DNA of 34,560 nt from a virus: UHGV virus genome UHGV-0119120; one strand, given 5' to 3'. The notes beneath the pieces are model-generated. The model did not search any database. It was not told the DNA's origin and worked only from the letters and a program-made list of their open reading frames with translations. The position numbers and the translations under genes were made by a program. Positions 17,391 through 25,487 of this stretch are shown piece by piece. Numbering within the stretch: the stretch's first letter is position 1; each line of letters begins with the position of its first letter.

Positions 17391-20171
17391 TTATTCTTCA
17401 CCCTCTATCTCGTCGGGTCGTAGCTGGAGCACATAAACGTTTATCTGGCGTCCATCAATTCGCGGGGATTTACGCTGATACCCCCTTCCGCTGGCTGGCG
17501 GTTTCAGCACCCCAGCCCCGGCCAGCACACGGGCAAACTGTTTCGCGTTGAATCCCTTCGCAATCTCACCTTCGAATGCTGCCGGGAACGTGTAGAACAC
17601 TATCGGATCAGCATCATGCGCCCCTTTCTGACGGTACCCGGCCAAATCCCGAATCGGCATGTCAGCCGGGTCATAAGGGTAAGGTGCAAATCGGCTCAGT
17701 CCGTATGCATTAAGAAACGCCTCTGCCTGCTCGATGATCTGCTTATGCTCACGGTTCCCCGTGCCAAACTCTTTCACCCAGGCGTTAAAGCCATGCTGGA
17801 TGGCGTCCCGGCTTTCCTGCTCCCCCCAGCCAGTGACAGGCATCCCCAGCACCAGCGCCGCCTCCAGAATAGCGAACCGCTCGCCTACACGATGAACCTG
17901 TTCGCCATAATCAGCAGGGATAAGACTACGCCAGCGCTCCTGCGCCGCTTTGACAGCTTGTTTTGCCTCCTGCTGGTGGCCTGCAAGCCATTTAATCCAT
18001 TCACGGCCTGCGGCTCCGTGGTTCGTCTGGTAAGCCTCTTTGAGTGCGTCGGCGTGTTGCTTCCCGTTCTGGTACTCATGGTGCGTTACTGATTTCTCCA
18101 TCGGTAAATTAAGCAATCGCACCAGTTGCCCGGCCTTAACTTTCAGCCCACCAGCAGAAAGAAACGTCTCAATGTCCATTTCCCCGGTACTGATCGCCAC
18201 GGTGCGCCAGCGCTTTAACTCACGGTTGCCGCCCTCCTTGGCCCCCTGTAGCTTTCCGGCACCGTTAAACAGCGTGTAAGCAGACGTAGCAACGTCTTTG
18301 GCGCTACTGCCCTGCCCCACTTCATCCAGCGGTAACAGGCTGTCGTTATGCGCTTCCGCTTCGTTGGCGATACCCAGCGCTGTACCGTACCAGGTAAGGC
18401 GCAAGGCATCCGGTTCACCGTATAAACTGCTGGCAATGTTGGCGGTGGTTGTCTTCCCTGCGCTGGACTGCTCGAAAAGATGCACGCCGAACCCGTCAGC
18501 GCCAACAAGCCCGATCAGCGGCGCAGAAAGCGCAGCAGCAACACCCAGCATCATTGACGGGTTTCCCAGCGCAAGACGCGCCACCGAATCACGCCAGCTT
18601 TCCGGCGTTCCACTGACGGTATAGCCACCAGCCGCCGCACTCCGACCACTGAATAACAGCGGTATCTCTGGCTCACCAATAACATCACCATCCGGCATGA
18701 TGTACGCCCCGTTGTGCCAGCCTGTGGTGTGGCTGATCTGCCATTCCTTGCCGCTACCAGTTCGCTGCAGCCAGTCGGCCAGAATTGCCCGCAACGATGG
18801 TTTGGTTGTCACACTGACACCGCCGTTTTTCAGCGTGCGCCATCCCTCACGGTCGCCAATGTCCTCCCATGGAAGCGCACGGGTAACTTGCCCCCGGTTG
18901 CCGGGGACGTCCCAACGCAGGATCAGAAAGCGCTGTCTGGCGTTATCACTCCCCGCACCAGCAATCTCCAGCGGAGAGCATAGCCACGCCTCGGTATTGA
19001 TAATTTCTCCTGTGTCTTTGTCCACTTTCGGGGTGATCCAGTGAATGCCATCCGCACGGCTCTCTACTCGCGGTTTCAGATCGTCGTCGATACCAAGTTT
19101 TTTCTTGCCGCCGTCGATAGCTGTCAGTGTCGCACCCACTTTCTTACCCTCCGGTTGATACATTGAGTCGTTAAATGCTGCTGTGGCCGCTTCGAGGCCG
19201 TATTGCTGGTGGTAGTCGTTCCAGTCCGCTTTATAGTCCACTGGTGGCATGGAAACCCAGCCAGAAACGGCTTTCGCGGCTTTCTCTGCGGCCTCCTTGC
19301 CAGTGTTAACTTTCACTCCTTTAATTCCGTCACTTTCGCCCATCTGGTCGTTATCTGCGGCAATGATGATTTGTGCCTGTGGGTACTTCCGGCGCATCAC
19401 TTCGGCAACGGGTAGCAGGTTGCCCGCGTCAATTGCTGCCACTGCCAGCGCGTCCGGGCGCATCAGGTGAACTGAAAGGGCCGTCGCCAGCCCCTCGGCA
19501 ATTAAAACGCTCTGCGGCGATTCTGGCGCGTTTACGGCATGATATGCCCCGCGCTTTGCTGAACCTGTCAGGAGTCGCTTCTCTCCCTGCGGTGTAATGG
19601 TTTGCGCTGCTGCCACTGCGCCGGATTCGTCCACCAGCTCCAGCAATAACGAACCATCAGGCATAACCGGATAGTTAAACCCGGTCAGCCCTTTTGATTG
19701 CAGGTAATCAGATTCGCCCTGTGTGGCACTCTGGCGCATTCCGGCATACAGACGGGCAAACGTAGCCCTTCGCTGCTCTGCGTCCCCTGCTGCCTGTTTC
19801 TGGCGCTCCTGCTCACGCTGCTGGCGGTCAGCTTCCAGTTGCTCCCTTCTATGGCTCGCTGCCACCGGGTCGGATTGCGCTGCCAGGTAATCAATACCCA
19901 GCACGTCAGCGGCAAGCTGTGCCGCCTCCGTAGTGTCGCAGTTGTTAACCCGCTTGATTAAATCCAGCCCGTCACCAGCGCCACACTGGTTGCAGATAAA
20001 GCTACCGCGCCCGTTGTCGTCGAATCTGAAACGGTCTTTTCCACCACATGCAGGGCATGGAGAATGGCGGCGCGATGAATCAGGCACGTCGATAGACAAC
20101 CCAGCCAGCACATAAGGCCAGCGCCCTGCTGCGGCGCTGGTCACTTCGCGGATAAGGTCGATATTACGCAT
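17391..20171 (-). CDS. primase-helicase (zinc ribbon + Toprim primase + P-loop NTPase)
   Basis: Likely start MRNIDLI with AGGAGG RBS. N-terminal CPACGGKDRFRF...CNQCG zinc ribbon; Toprim-like acidic motifs (LIAEGLATA, IIIAADNDQMGE); Walker A-like SSAGKTT. Confidence 0.8.
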   Translation of the reverse strand: MRNIDLIREVTSAAAGRWPYVLAGLSIDVPDSSRRHSPCPACGGKDRFRFDDNGRGSFICNQCGAGDGLDLIKRVNNCDTTEAAQLAADVLGIDYLAAQSDPVAASHRREQLEADRQQREQERQKQAAGDAEQRRATFARLYAGMRQSATQGESDYLQSKGLTGFNYPVMPDGSLLLELVDESGAVAAAQTITPQGEKRLLTGSAKRGAYHAVNAPESPQSVLIAEGLATALSVHLMRPDALAVAAIDAGNLLPVAEVMRRKYPQAQIIIAADNDQMGESDGIKGVKVNTGKEAAEKAAKAVSGWVSMPPVDYKADWNDYHQQYGLEAATAAFNDSMYQPEGKKVGATLTAIDGGKKKLGIDDDLKPRVESRADGIHWITPKVDKDTGEIINTEAWLCSPLEIAGAGSDNARQRFLILRWDVPGNRGQVTRALPWEDIGDREGWRTLKNGGVSVTTKPSLRAILADWLQRTGSGKEWQISHTTGWHNGAYIMPDGDVIGEPEIPLLFSGRSAAAGGYTVSGTPESWRDSVARLALGNPSMMLGVAAALSAPLIGLVGADGFGVHLFEQSSAGKTTTANIASSLYGEPDALRLTWYGTALGIANEAEAHNDSLLPLDEVGQGSSAKDVATSAYTLFNGAGKLQGAKEGGNRELKRWRTVAISTGEMDIETFLSAGGLKVKAGQLVRLLNLPMEKSVTHHEYQNGKQHADALKEAYQTNHGAAGREWIKWLAGHQQEAKQAVKAAQERWRSLIPADYGEQVHRVGERFAILEAALVLGMPVTGWGEQESRDAIQHGFNAWVKEFGTGNREHKQIIEQAEAFLNAYGLSRFAPYPYDPADMPIRDLAGYRQKGAHDADPIVFYTFPAAFEGEIAKGFNAKQFARVLAGAGVLKPPASGRGYQRKSPRIDGRQINVYVLQLRPDEIEGEE

Positions 20172-20505
20172 GGTTGCCTCCTGCCACGGTCGCGCCCATA
20201 TCATTAATCATGCTTTGCCATATCTCGCGCCCGACGTCAGTCAATCCGTCCTTAGTGACGCAACGATCAAGAAGCTCGATCCCCACGGTTTCCCACTGCG
20301 GGTAGAACACTTTCATGGCTGCCAGTGTGTAGCTATCGATCAGGCTGCGAACGCCTTTTACTCCATTGACGATTTCCACACGGACGGCGAGGCCGTCCGC
20401 ATCAACCATGAAATAGTCCCCGCCGCTGGTGGCGGTAATGTGGTTATACAGTGCCGACGCATACTTATTCGCCAGCGCATTCAGTCGGAAATTTTTAGTA
20501 ATCAT
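20164..20505 (-). CDS. hypothetical protein (replication operon)
   Basis: 113 aa ORF; stop overlaps the primase start (ATGCGTAA). Confidence 0.4.
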   Translation of the reverse strand: MITKNFRLNALANKYASALYNHITATSGGDYFMVDADGLAVRVEIVNGVKGVRSLIDSYTLAAMKVFYPQWETVGIELLDRCVTKDGLTDVGREIWQSMINDMGATVAGGNHA

Positions 20506-20514
20506 GTCGCCCCC

Positions 20515-21141
20515 TCAGTGCGCCAGCGGCATTTCAGGCCAGCCGTTTTCATCCAGTTCAGCTATAAAGCTGTTGTGAAGTTCAGCAAGCGTTTCACGCC
20601 CGAACGGGGTCAGCTCGCCGCGCTCCGTGTCGATCATGGCCTGATAAAAAACAATGGCGTTCGCTGTTCCCTGCTCAACGCCGTAGCGCTCAATCATTGC
20701 GCCCTCGATGTTGTTCGCCATCGCCAGCCGTTCAGCAAACGGGTAAACCACCATGCCCGCATTACCATTGGAGTAAATCGCCACCTGCGATGATGTGCCG
20801 TCAGCCTCAGTAACCGTGGTGGTGCCGTTCTCGCGCTTCATCTCAGAAACGAACGTCGCAGCAATCAGCCAGCGCCACATAGTGACGTTATGCTGCGCGG
20901 TGAAGTCGAACCAGCCACGCTCCCCGCCGTCAGCCACTGCCAAATGCAGGGCAAATCCTTCATCGGTCTTATTGTCATACTCACCCGCATCCAGACGTAC
21001 TACGACTTTTTCGTAGTTGATAAGAGCAACATGCTCATACATTCCGGCATCATTGCGGGTCATGATATTGACGCCGTGCGGTGTGGCTTCGGCGTGGAAC
21101 AGGTCGGGATTTCCCGGTTTAATGGTCAGTATATTGCTCAT
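20515..21141 (-). CDS. hypothetical protein (replication operon)
   Basis: 208 aa ORF, tightly packed in the operon. Confidence 0.45.
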   Translation of the reverse strand: MSNILTIKPGNPDLFHAEATPHGVNIMTRNDAGMYEHVALINYEKVVVRLDAGEYDNKTDEGFALHLAVADGGERGWFDFTAQHNVTMWRWLIAATFVSEMKRENGTTTVTEADGTSSQVAIYSNGNAGMVVYPFAERLAMANNIEGAMIERYGVEQGTANAIVFYQAMIDTERGELTPFGRETLAELHNSFIAELDENGWPEMPLAH

Positions 21142-21359
21142 GCTTTGCCCTCCCGATATTCACGCATTACATGGTCAGCTAGCTTGCTTTCAGCCTCGCT
21201 CATTGCTTCGGGCACACCGTGTAACAGCGTCAGAATGGAACCTATAAGGCGTGGTAAATCGGGATCTGTTTTATTGGTGGTGCTCTCCAGCCACATGGAC
21301 AAAACAGCCTGTGCCTGTTCAATCTGGCAGGCAGCATCAATCAGTTGTAACTGGCTCAT
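21138..21359 (-). CDS. hypothetical small protein
   Basis: 73 aa ORF with 4-nt overlaps to neighbours. Confidence 0.35.
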   Translation of the reverse strand: MSQLQLIDAACQIEQAQAVLSMWLESTTNKTDPDLPRLIGSILTLLHGVPEAMSEAESKLADHVMREYREGKA

Positions 21360-21619
21360 GCGCTGCCCTCCGCATCAATTCTGGCTATATCGACAATCGT
21401 CAGGACTTTACTAAGCCAGCAATACGCGATGGCTGCTTGCTCAACTTCGAGGAGTGGTAATAAATCGGTCATAACGTGAGCCAGCCCATTGCGGGCGCGG
21501 GTCATGCGTTCTGCGGTACGCTCTGCCAGCGTGAAAGAGTCAGGGTACGGCTGTTCGCGGGATAGCATCGCCTCGGCCTCAAGATCTGCAGGATGGCGAT
21601 AGATGGTATGAATGTTCAC
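21356..21619 (-). CDS. hypothetical small protein
   Basis: 87 aa ORF with GTG start, overlapping neighbours. Confidence 0.35.
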   Translation of the reverse strand: MNIHTIYRHPADLEAEAMLSREQPYPDSFTLAERTAERMTRARNGLAHVMTDLLPLLEVEQAAIAYCWLSKVLTIVDIARIDAEGSA

Positions 21620-21795
21620 GCTGCCACCTCCTGAATACGAGTAATACGAACGTGCTTATAACCGCCTTTATTCGCCAGTAGTTGCGCAGTCGATTTAGCT
21701 GTTTCTGGACTGGTGCTAGTCATGGTGTAGTGAATGCCGACGGTGTTACCGCGCTTGTTAACAGCGTATCCGTCGATCTGGAAGGTTTTACGCAT
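21616..21795 (-). CDS. hypothetical small protein (59 aa, below ORF-track cutoff)
   Basis: ATG overlaps the stop of the recombinase gene (AATGCGTAA); translation MRKTFQIDGYAVNKRGNTVGIHYTMTSTSPETAKSTAQLLANKGGYKHVRITRIQEVAA. Confidence 0.3.
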   Translation of the reverse strand: MRKTFQIDGYAVNKRGNTVGIHYTMTSTSPETAKSTAQLLANKGGYKHVRITRIQEVAA

Positions 21796-22666
21796 TTCCG
21801 ACCTCCATTGCTAAACGGGACTGGATAGCTGCCGCTTTACTGCCTAATTGCAGGTAAGTACGAGTTATCGCAGGGTTGCTATGACCCAGCATTTCAGAGG
21901 CCACTAATAGGCCCTGTTCGCCACCTGCGGACATGAGGTTAAAGGCGGCTATTTTGCGGCTTGAGTAGGCGCTCAGGCGCAATTTAGCGTTAATGAAACG
22001 GGTAAACCACGCCATGACGCCATGAAGTTTGCGCCAGATGGTTTGGCGAGTAACGCTACCTTCCAGACGTTGACAACGGTTACTTTCGATTTGAGAGCGG
22101 GAAAATACCAGGTCGTCCTCCACCAGATTCCGATCCTGACGGTCACGCAGCCGCTTGATAATGCCGGGGGGTAACTGTTTGGTGTCGTGCTTGACGTCAG
22201 CCTTAGCCACCAGCCCGAACACAATCGCCTGTTCTTCGTCGTTCATATCGGCGGCCAGTTCATCACAGCCGATACTATCCCACTTCATGTAGGCGATATG
22301 GTCAGCGGCGAGCCGCGCGGCGTCCTTGCGCTGCTGGCGCACAATTTCAATACCTTTGCGGGTTGCCCGCGCTTCTGCGGCTTTGGTCTGTTTGGAAACG
22401 ATAATTGTCGCCTGTCCAGTTTCCCAATTGATGCAGGAATAGCGCAGGTTGCAAACGTCGCTGGTACGCCAGCCGGTTACGGTCGCAATATCCCACCAGA
22501 GCAACACCCAATCGGGCTGTGTCTGCTGGATGCGCTCGCGTAGCTTGCGCTGCTCGTCACGGTCATAGACAGGGGTCATGGTGCGACTGCCCTTTGTGCT
22601 CGCCGCTTTAACGACATTGCCGCGCAGCTCGCGGGCTTTGGCTGTCAGAGTCTGGAGGTTAAACAT
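21788..22666 (-). CDS. tyrosine recombinase / integrase-like protein (second recombinase)
   Basis: Likely start MFNLQTL at 22666; C-terminal LGHSNPAITRTYLQ resembles the His...Tyr catalytic end of tyrosine recombinases; candidate box I Arg in TGWRTSDV. Confidence 0.55.
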   Translation of the reverse strand: MFNLQTLTAKARELRGNVVKAASTKGSRTMTPVYDRDEQRKLRERIQQTQPDWVLLWWDIATVTGWRTSDVCNLRYSCINWETGQATIIVSKQTKAAEARATRKGIEIVRQQRKDAARLAADHIAYMKWDSIGCDELAADMNDEEQAIVFGLVAKADVKHDTKQLPPGIIKRLRDRQDRNLVEDDLVFSRSQIESNRCQRLEGSVTRQTIWRKLHGVMAWFTRFINAKLRLSAYSSRKIAAFNLMSAGGEQGLLVASEMLGHSNPAITRTYLQLGSKAAAIQSRLAMEVGNA

Positions 22667-22847
22667 GACGCACCTCCGGCACTGGCAGACGTGCGGCCAG
22701 AGACAAAATAAAGTGCGGCGCAAGGATGCGGCGGGCTTCGCGTTCGGTCGCAGCCTCAACGGACAGACGGCAAGGTTTGGCTTTTTTATCGTGGCGATTC
22801 AGCGCGAGAAAGCGCCAGGTGAATTTTGAGTGTGCGGATCTAGCCAT
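22659..22847 (-). CDS. small protein upstream of the recombinase (possibly Icd-like)
   Basis: 62 aa ORF; stop overlaps the recombinase ATG (CATGTTTAA); ends ...FILSLAARLPVPE. Family assignment is from memory only. Confidence 0.3.
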   Translation of the reverse strand: MARSAHSKFTWRFLALNRHDKKAKPCRLSVEAATEREARRILAPHFILSLAARLPVPEVRHV

Positions 22848-23167
22848 TTTTAGCGGCTCCTAGAACATATTGAAGGAGTCTCGCCAGATGCTGCTAAACA
22901 TGGGTGGCGAGACGTGACGGGGTTAGCAGACTGGCGTTCTAGGAAACCAGCAGGCGTTAAGCCTCCCCACCACGCCCCGCCATAAATCGGGGGTATGGTT
23001 GGTTTTCGGGCGTAAAAATACCGCTATACGGAAATCAGCGGCTACCCGCTAGAACGTTCAGGCTGCTAAACCCGGCACCCGTTTTGTGAGGTGCGAAATA
23101 ATCATAACCACACTACCCCGTTAAGCGCAAGGGAAATATCCCCTGCGCCCACAATGCAAACTTGTTA

Positions 23168-24238
23168 TTAGTACCCGCGAGAAGCGTAAACTCGTGCCAT
23201 GCCAGCCCAATGAGAGAAAAGAATTTCCCACTTAATTGGGTTGTAGGTAATACTTCCATCGACTGCGGCAGCATTCCATGCCCGATCAGAAATAGAGCTA
23301 TCTTTAGCAGTTTTCCCCCATTCAACAATATCCCTTGCTAAAGCCTGTACACATGCTCGACTGACTACCTTTTCGTCAACGTACGCCCCAACATCAGAGC
23401 ATGACTCCATACTCATGTTCAGGCTATTTTTAAGGGACTCCAGCCCGGCCACTGACATAAAGCGACGACCATTAGCGTATGCAACACCGTCATTCCTGAT
23501 AGTGAACTTAACAGTGTGGAATGCGTCAACAATCATCCGCTGCTCTGGCGTCGGGTTCTGCCATAGCACAAGGTTAATCTCTCTCTCAGAAGCTATTGAT
23601 TCTGCTTTCTCACGCTTAACTCGTGCATCCCGTTCTGCCTGGTATTGTTTTTGATTTTCATCATGAGCCTTTTGGTAACTAGAGGCTAATGCGTCTCTGT
23701 TTTTGGCAAATGCTGCAATGCTATTTTTGAAATCGCTTCTGCTAACCTTGTTTAACCCCATACTCCAGCGGTCATTTTCGTAATCATCATAAATGGCATC
23801 AACTTTTGCCGGATTACTCAGCACAGTCGCCAGATTAACCGGAATTTTAGCCATCTCGTCACTGATTCTCGCTACATGTTCGAAAGTCGATATAGAGCCA
23901 ACTTCATGACTCCCATACTCATGATAAGCGGCATAAAAAATTGGAATAGATTGAGGTTTTTCGTTCACTGACTTAATGATGCTTTTTTCATCACATGACT
24001 GTTCACCCCATTTGAAAACACTTTTCCCACCATTTTTGTATGTGTTGCAATCATCAATACCCAAACGAACCAGCGCATCCCATCCGGGCCGTTTCTTGTA
24101 ATCCTCGCTCTTGACAACATGCATTGTGGTTAGGGCTTTCGCAGGATCTAACTTGCCAGCGGTACAAGACACGATAGGAAAGGCCAGAGAAGCGCAGGCT
24201 GCTATCCTGAAAAGGCTCGTCAATCTTTCTTTTTTCAT
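23168..24238 (-). CDS. lipoprotein, unknown function (island cargo)
   Basis: 356 aa; N-terminal MKKERLTSLFRIAACASLAFPIVSC has a lipobox (IVSC); central Lys/Glu-rich coiled-coil segment; gene is visibly more AT-rich than its flanks. Confidence 0.55.
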   Translation of the reverse strand: MKKERLTSLFRIAACASLAFPIVSCTAGKLDPAKALTTMHVVKSEDYKKRPGWDALVRLGIDDCNTYKNGGKSVFKWGEQSCDEKSIIKSVNEKPQSIPIFYAAYHEYGSHEVGSISTFEHVARISDEMAKIPVNLATVLSNPAKVDAIYDDYENDRWSMGLNKVSRSDFKNSIAAFAKNRDALASSYQKAHDENQKQYQAERDARVKREKAESIASEREINLVLWQNPTPEQRMIVDAFHTVKFTIRNDGVAYANGRRFMSVAGLESLKNSLNMSMESCSDVGAYVDEKVVSRACVQALARDIVEWGKTAKDSSISDRAWNAAAVDGSITYNPIKWEILFSHWAGMARVYASRGY

Positions 24239-24402
24239 CGTCCTAATGCTCTTTCAAACCAAGAATGTAGGACATAGTAAATTGTGGTTAATGGCAAGTC
24301 GATATAAAGGCCGGGTTATTGGCTTCGGTGCCAATATCATTTCTCCGAAATTTCATAACGCCTGTAATCGCTCGTTTCCCCATCTTGGGGACATTTCAAA
24401 AC

Positions 24403-24523
24403 TGCGAATCAAAGTGCGAATGGAACTGCGAATTCGCAAAGAGAGAGCGCCGCTCAAAGCAGGCCGGATAAGGCTTCGCGGACATATTGCGAATGCGAAT
24501 CCACCAGAAACGAAACGCGAATC
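24403..24523. repeat. cluster of TGCGAAT heptamer repeats (candidate operator array)
   Basis: TGCGAAT at 24403, 24415 and 24427 (12-bp phasing), the third within the palindrome TGCGAATTCGCA; further copies at 24488, 24495 (GCGAAT) and 24517 (CGCGAAT). Lies 165-285 bp upstream of the lipoprotein gene. Confidence 0.4.
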
Positions 24524-25079
24524 ACCCATAAACAAAACCGATACGCAGGGAGCGTACTGCCCGTATTCAATCGGCCGAAAAGTCAGCCGATTAAAATCAT
24601 GCCCGGCTATCCCCTGAAATTTCAGGAGATCGAGAGCCACCAGCAGAGAACCGTTCATGCCATCGGTAACTTGCAGCCCGAAGCTCAAATCTGAGCGTTG
24701 ACCGCCAGCCAGAAGAAACCATTTTAAATCCCGCGCCTTCTCTTTGGATGAACAGGGTTACTCCCCGTAATGCTGTGAACTGCCACGATGATTCGGGGTT
24801 GTGTTGCGCTGGCCTTTGAGTCCCGCACAAACACTGACCCACAAAATTTTTGTAGGTGACTGGCCCTCTTGATGAGGTGCTGTTTTGCGTAACCCTTAAT
24901 GAGTTGTGCAAAGGCTCAACCCTTTAAAAGGGTTGCCTAACCACCGGCGATAGTAATAACCGCCAACCTATGAACACTATGAACACCTTTGAGCATTTTT
25001 CTATAAACATTCCACTACTGCCCTATTTGATGCCTTTCTCTGGCTGGCCTGTGTAAGTTACCGTTGCTGGGAACTGACA

Positions 25080-25115
25080 ATAAAAAAGGCTTGCCCCTCT
25101 CAGGTAACAAGCCTT
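25080..25115 (-). terminator. rho-independent terminator downstream of the AlpA-like gene
   Basis: Minus-strand hairpin AAGGCTTG-(14 nt)-CAAGCCTT followed by TTTTTT, about 20 nt after the stop at 25133. Confidence 0.5.
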
Positions 25116-25132
25116 GTCTATCGCTCTGGATC

Positions 25133-25345
25133 TCACTCACTACAGATTCCGCGCTTTTGGCTCTGTCTTCCGATCCACGCCTCCACCTCATCGCGATACC
25201 AGCAATTGCGGCCGCCAACTTTGAAGGGCATCGGAAAGCCGTTCCCCTCATCCTTCAGAAATTCATAGAACGCAGAATCAGAACGGTAGCGTAGACGGGC
25301 TTTAACTTCGACTTTGAGCAAAATATCACTGTTAGATATGGACAT
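25133..25345 (-). CDS. alpA: AlpA-family transcriptional regulator / excisionase-like protein
   Basis: 70 aa; ...GFPMPFKVGGRNCWYRDEVEAWI matches the AlpA helix-turn-helix pattern; GAGG RBS and two TATAAT-like elements upstream. Confidence 0.6.
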   Translation of the reverse strand: MSISNSDILLKVEVKARLRYRSDSAFYEFLKDEGNGFPMPFKVGGRNCWYRDEVEAWIGRQSQKRGICSE

Positions 25346-25400
25346 AAAAACCTCATTATATATTCGATATAATTATATATGATTTGAATAAAAAAAACGC
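25346..25400 (-). promoter_or_regulatory. AT-rich candidate promoter for the AlpA-like gene
   Basis: Minus strand shows TATAAT-like hexamers within 40 nt upstream of the start codon, between the integrase terminator and the gene. Confidence 0.3.
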
Positions 25401-25420
25401 ATTCCGGTTAGCTTTGGGCA

Positions 25421-25446
25421 TAAAAAAAGCTGGCTTAAAGCCAGCT
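25421..25446 (-). terminator. rho-independent terminator downstream of the P4-type integrase
   Basis: Perfect inverted repeat AGCTGGCTT-A-AAGCCAGCT followed on the minus strand by a run of 7 T. Confidence 0.55.
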
Positions 25447-25487
25447 ATACCCGTTTGAAATCATGATTATCCAGAAATGGATGTGCC

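Noticed and set aside
17616-19961. Several plus-strand ORFs (60-158 aa) inside the primase-helicase gene
   Set aside because: Antisense to a long, well-supported coding region with recognisable motifs; no RBS or independent support.
22667-22759. N-terminal extension of the second recombinase ORF to 323 aa
   Set aside because: The extension (MRLRPNAKPAASLRRTLFCLWPHVCQCRRCV) overlaps the small upstream ORF in another frame; the internal ATG at 22666 with a coupled stop/start is more plausible.
22848-23167. Possible tRNA gene as integration target
   Set aside because: No cloverleaf-compatible sequence or GGTTCGAATCC-like T-arm with CCA end was seen here or at the island junctions.
24111-24911. 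ORFs of 104-168 aa on both strands in the gene-poor stretch
   Set aside because: They overlap one another and the lipoprotein gene, lack RBS and plausible protein character, and coincide with the repeat/palindrome clusters; treated as noncoding or decayed sequence.
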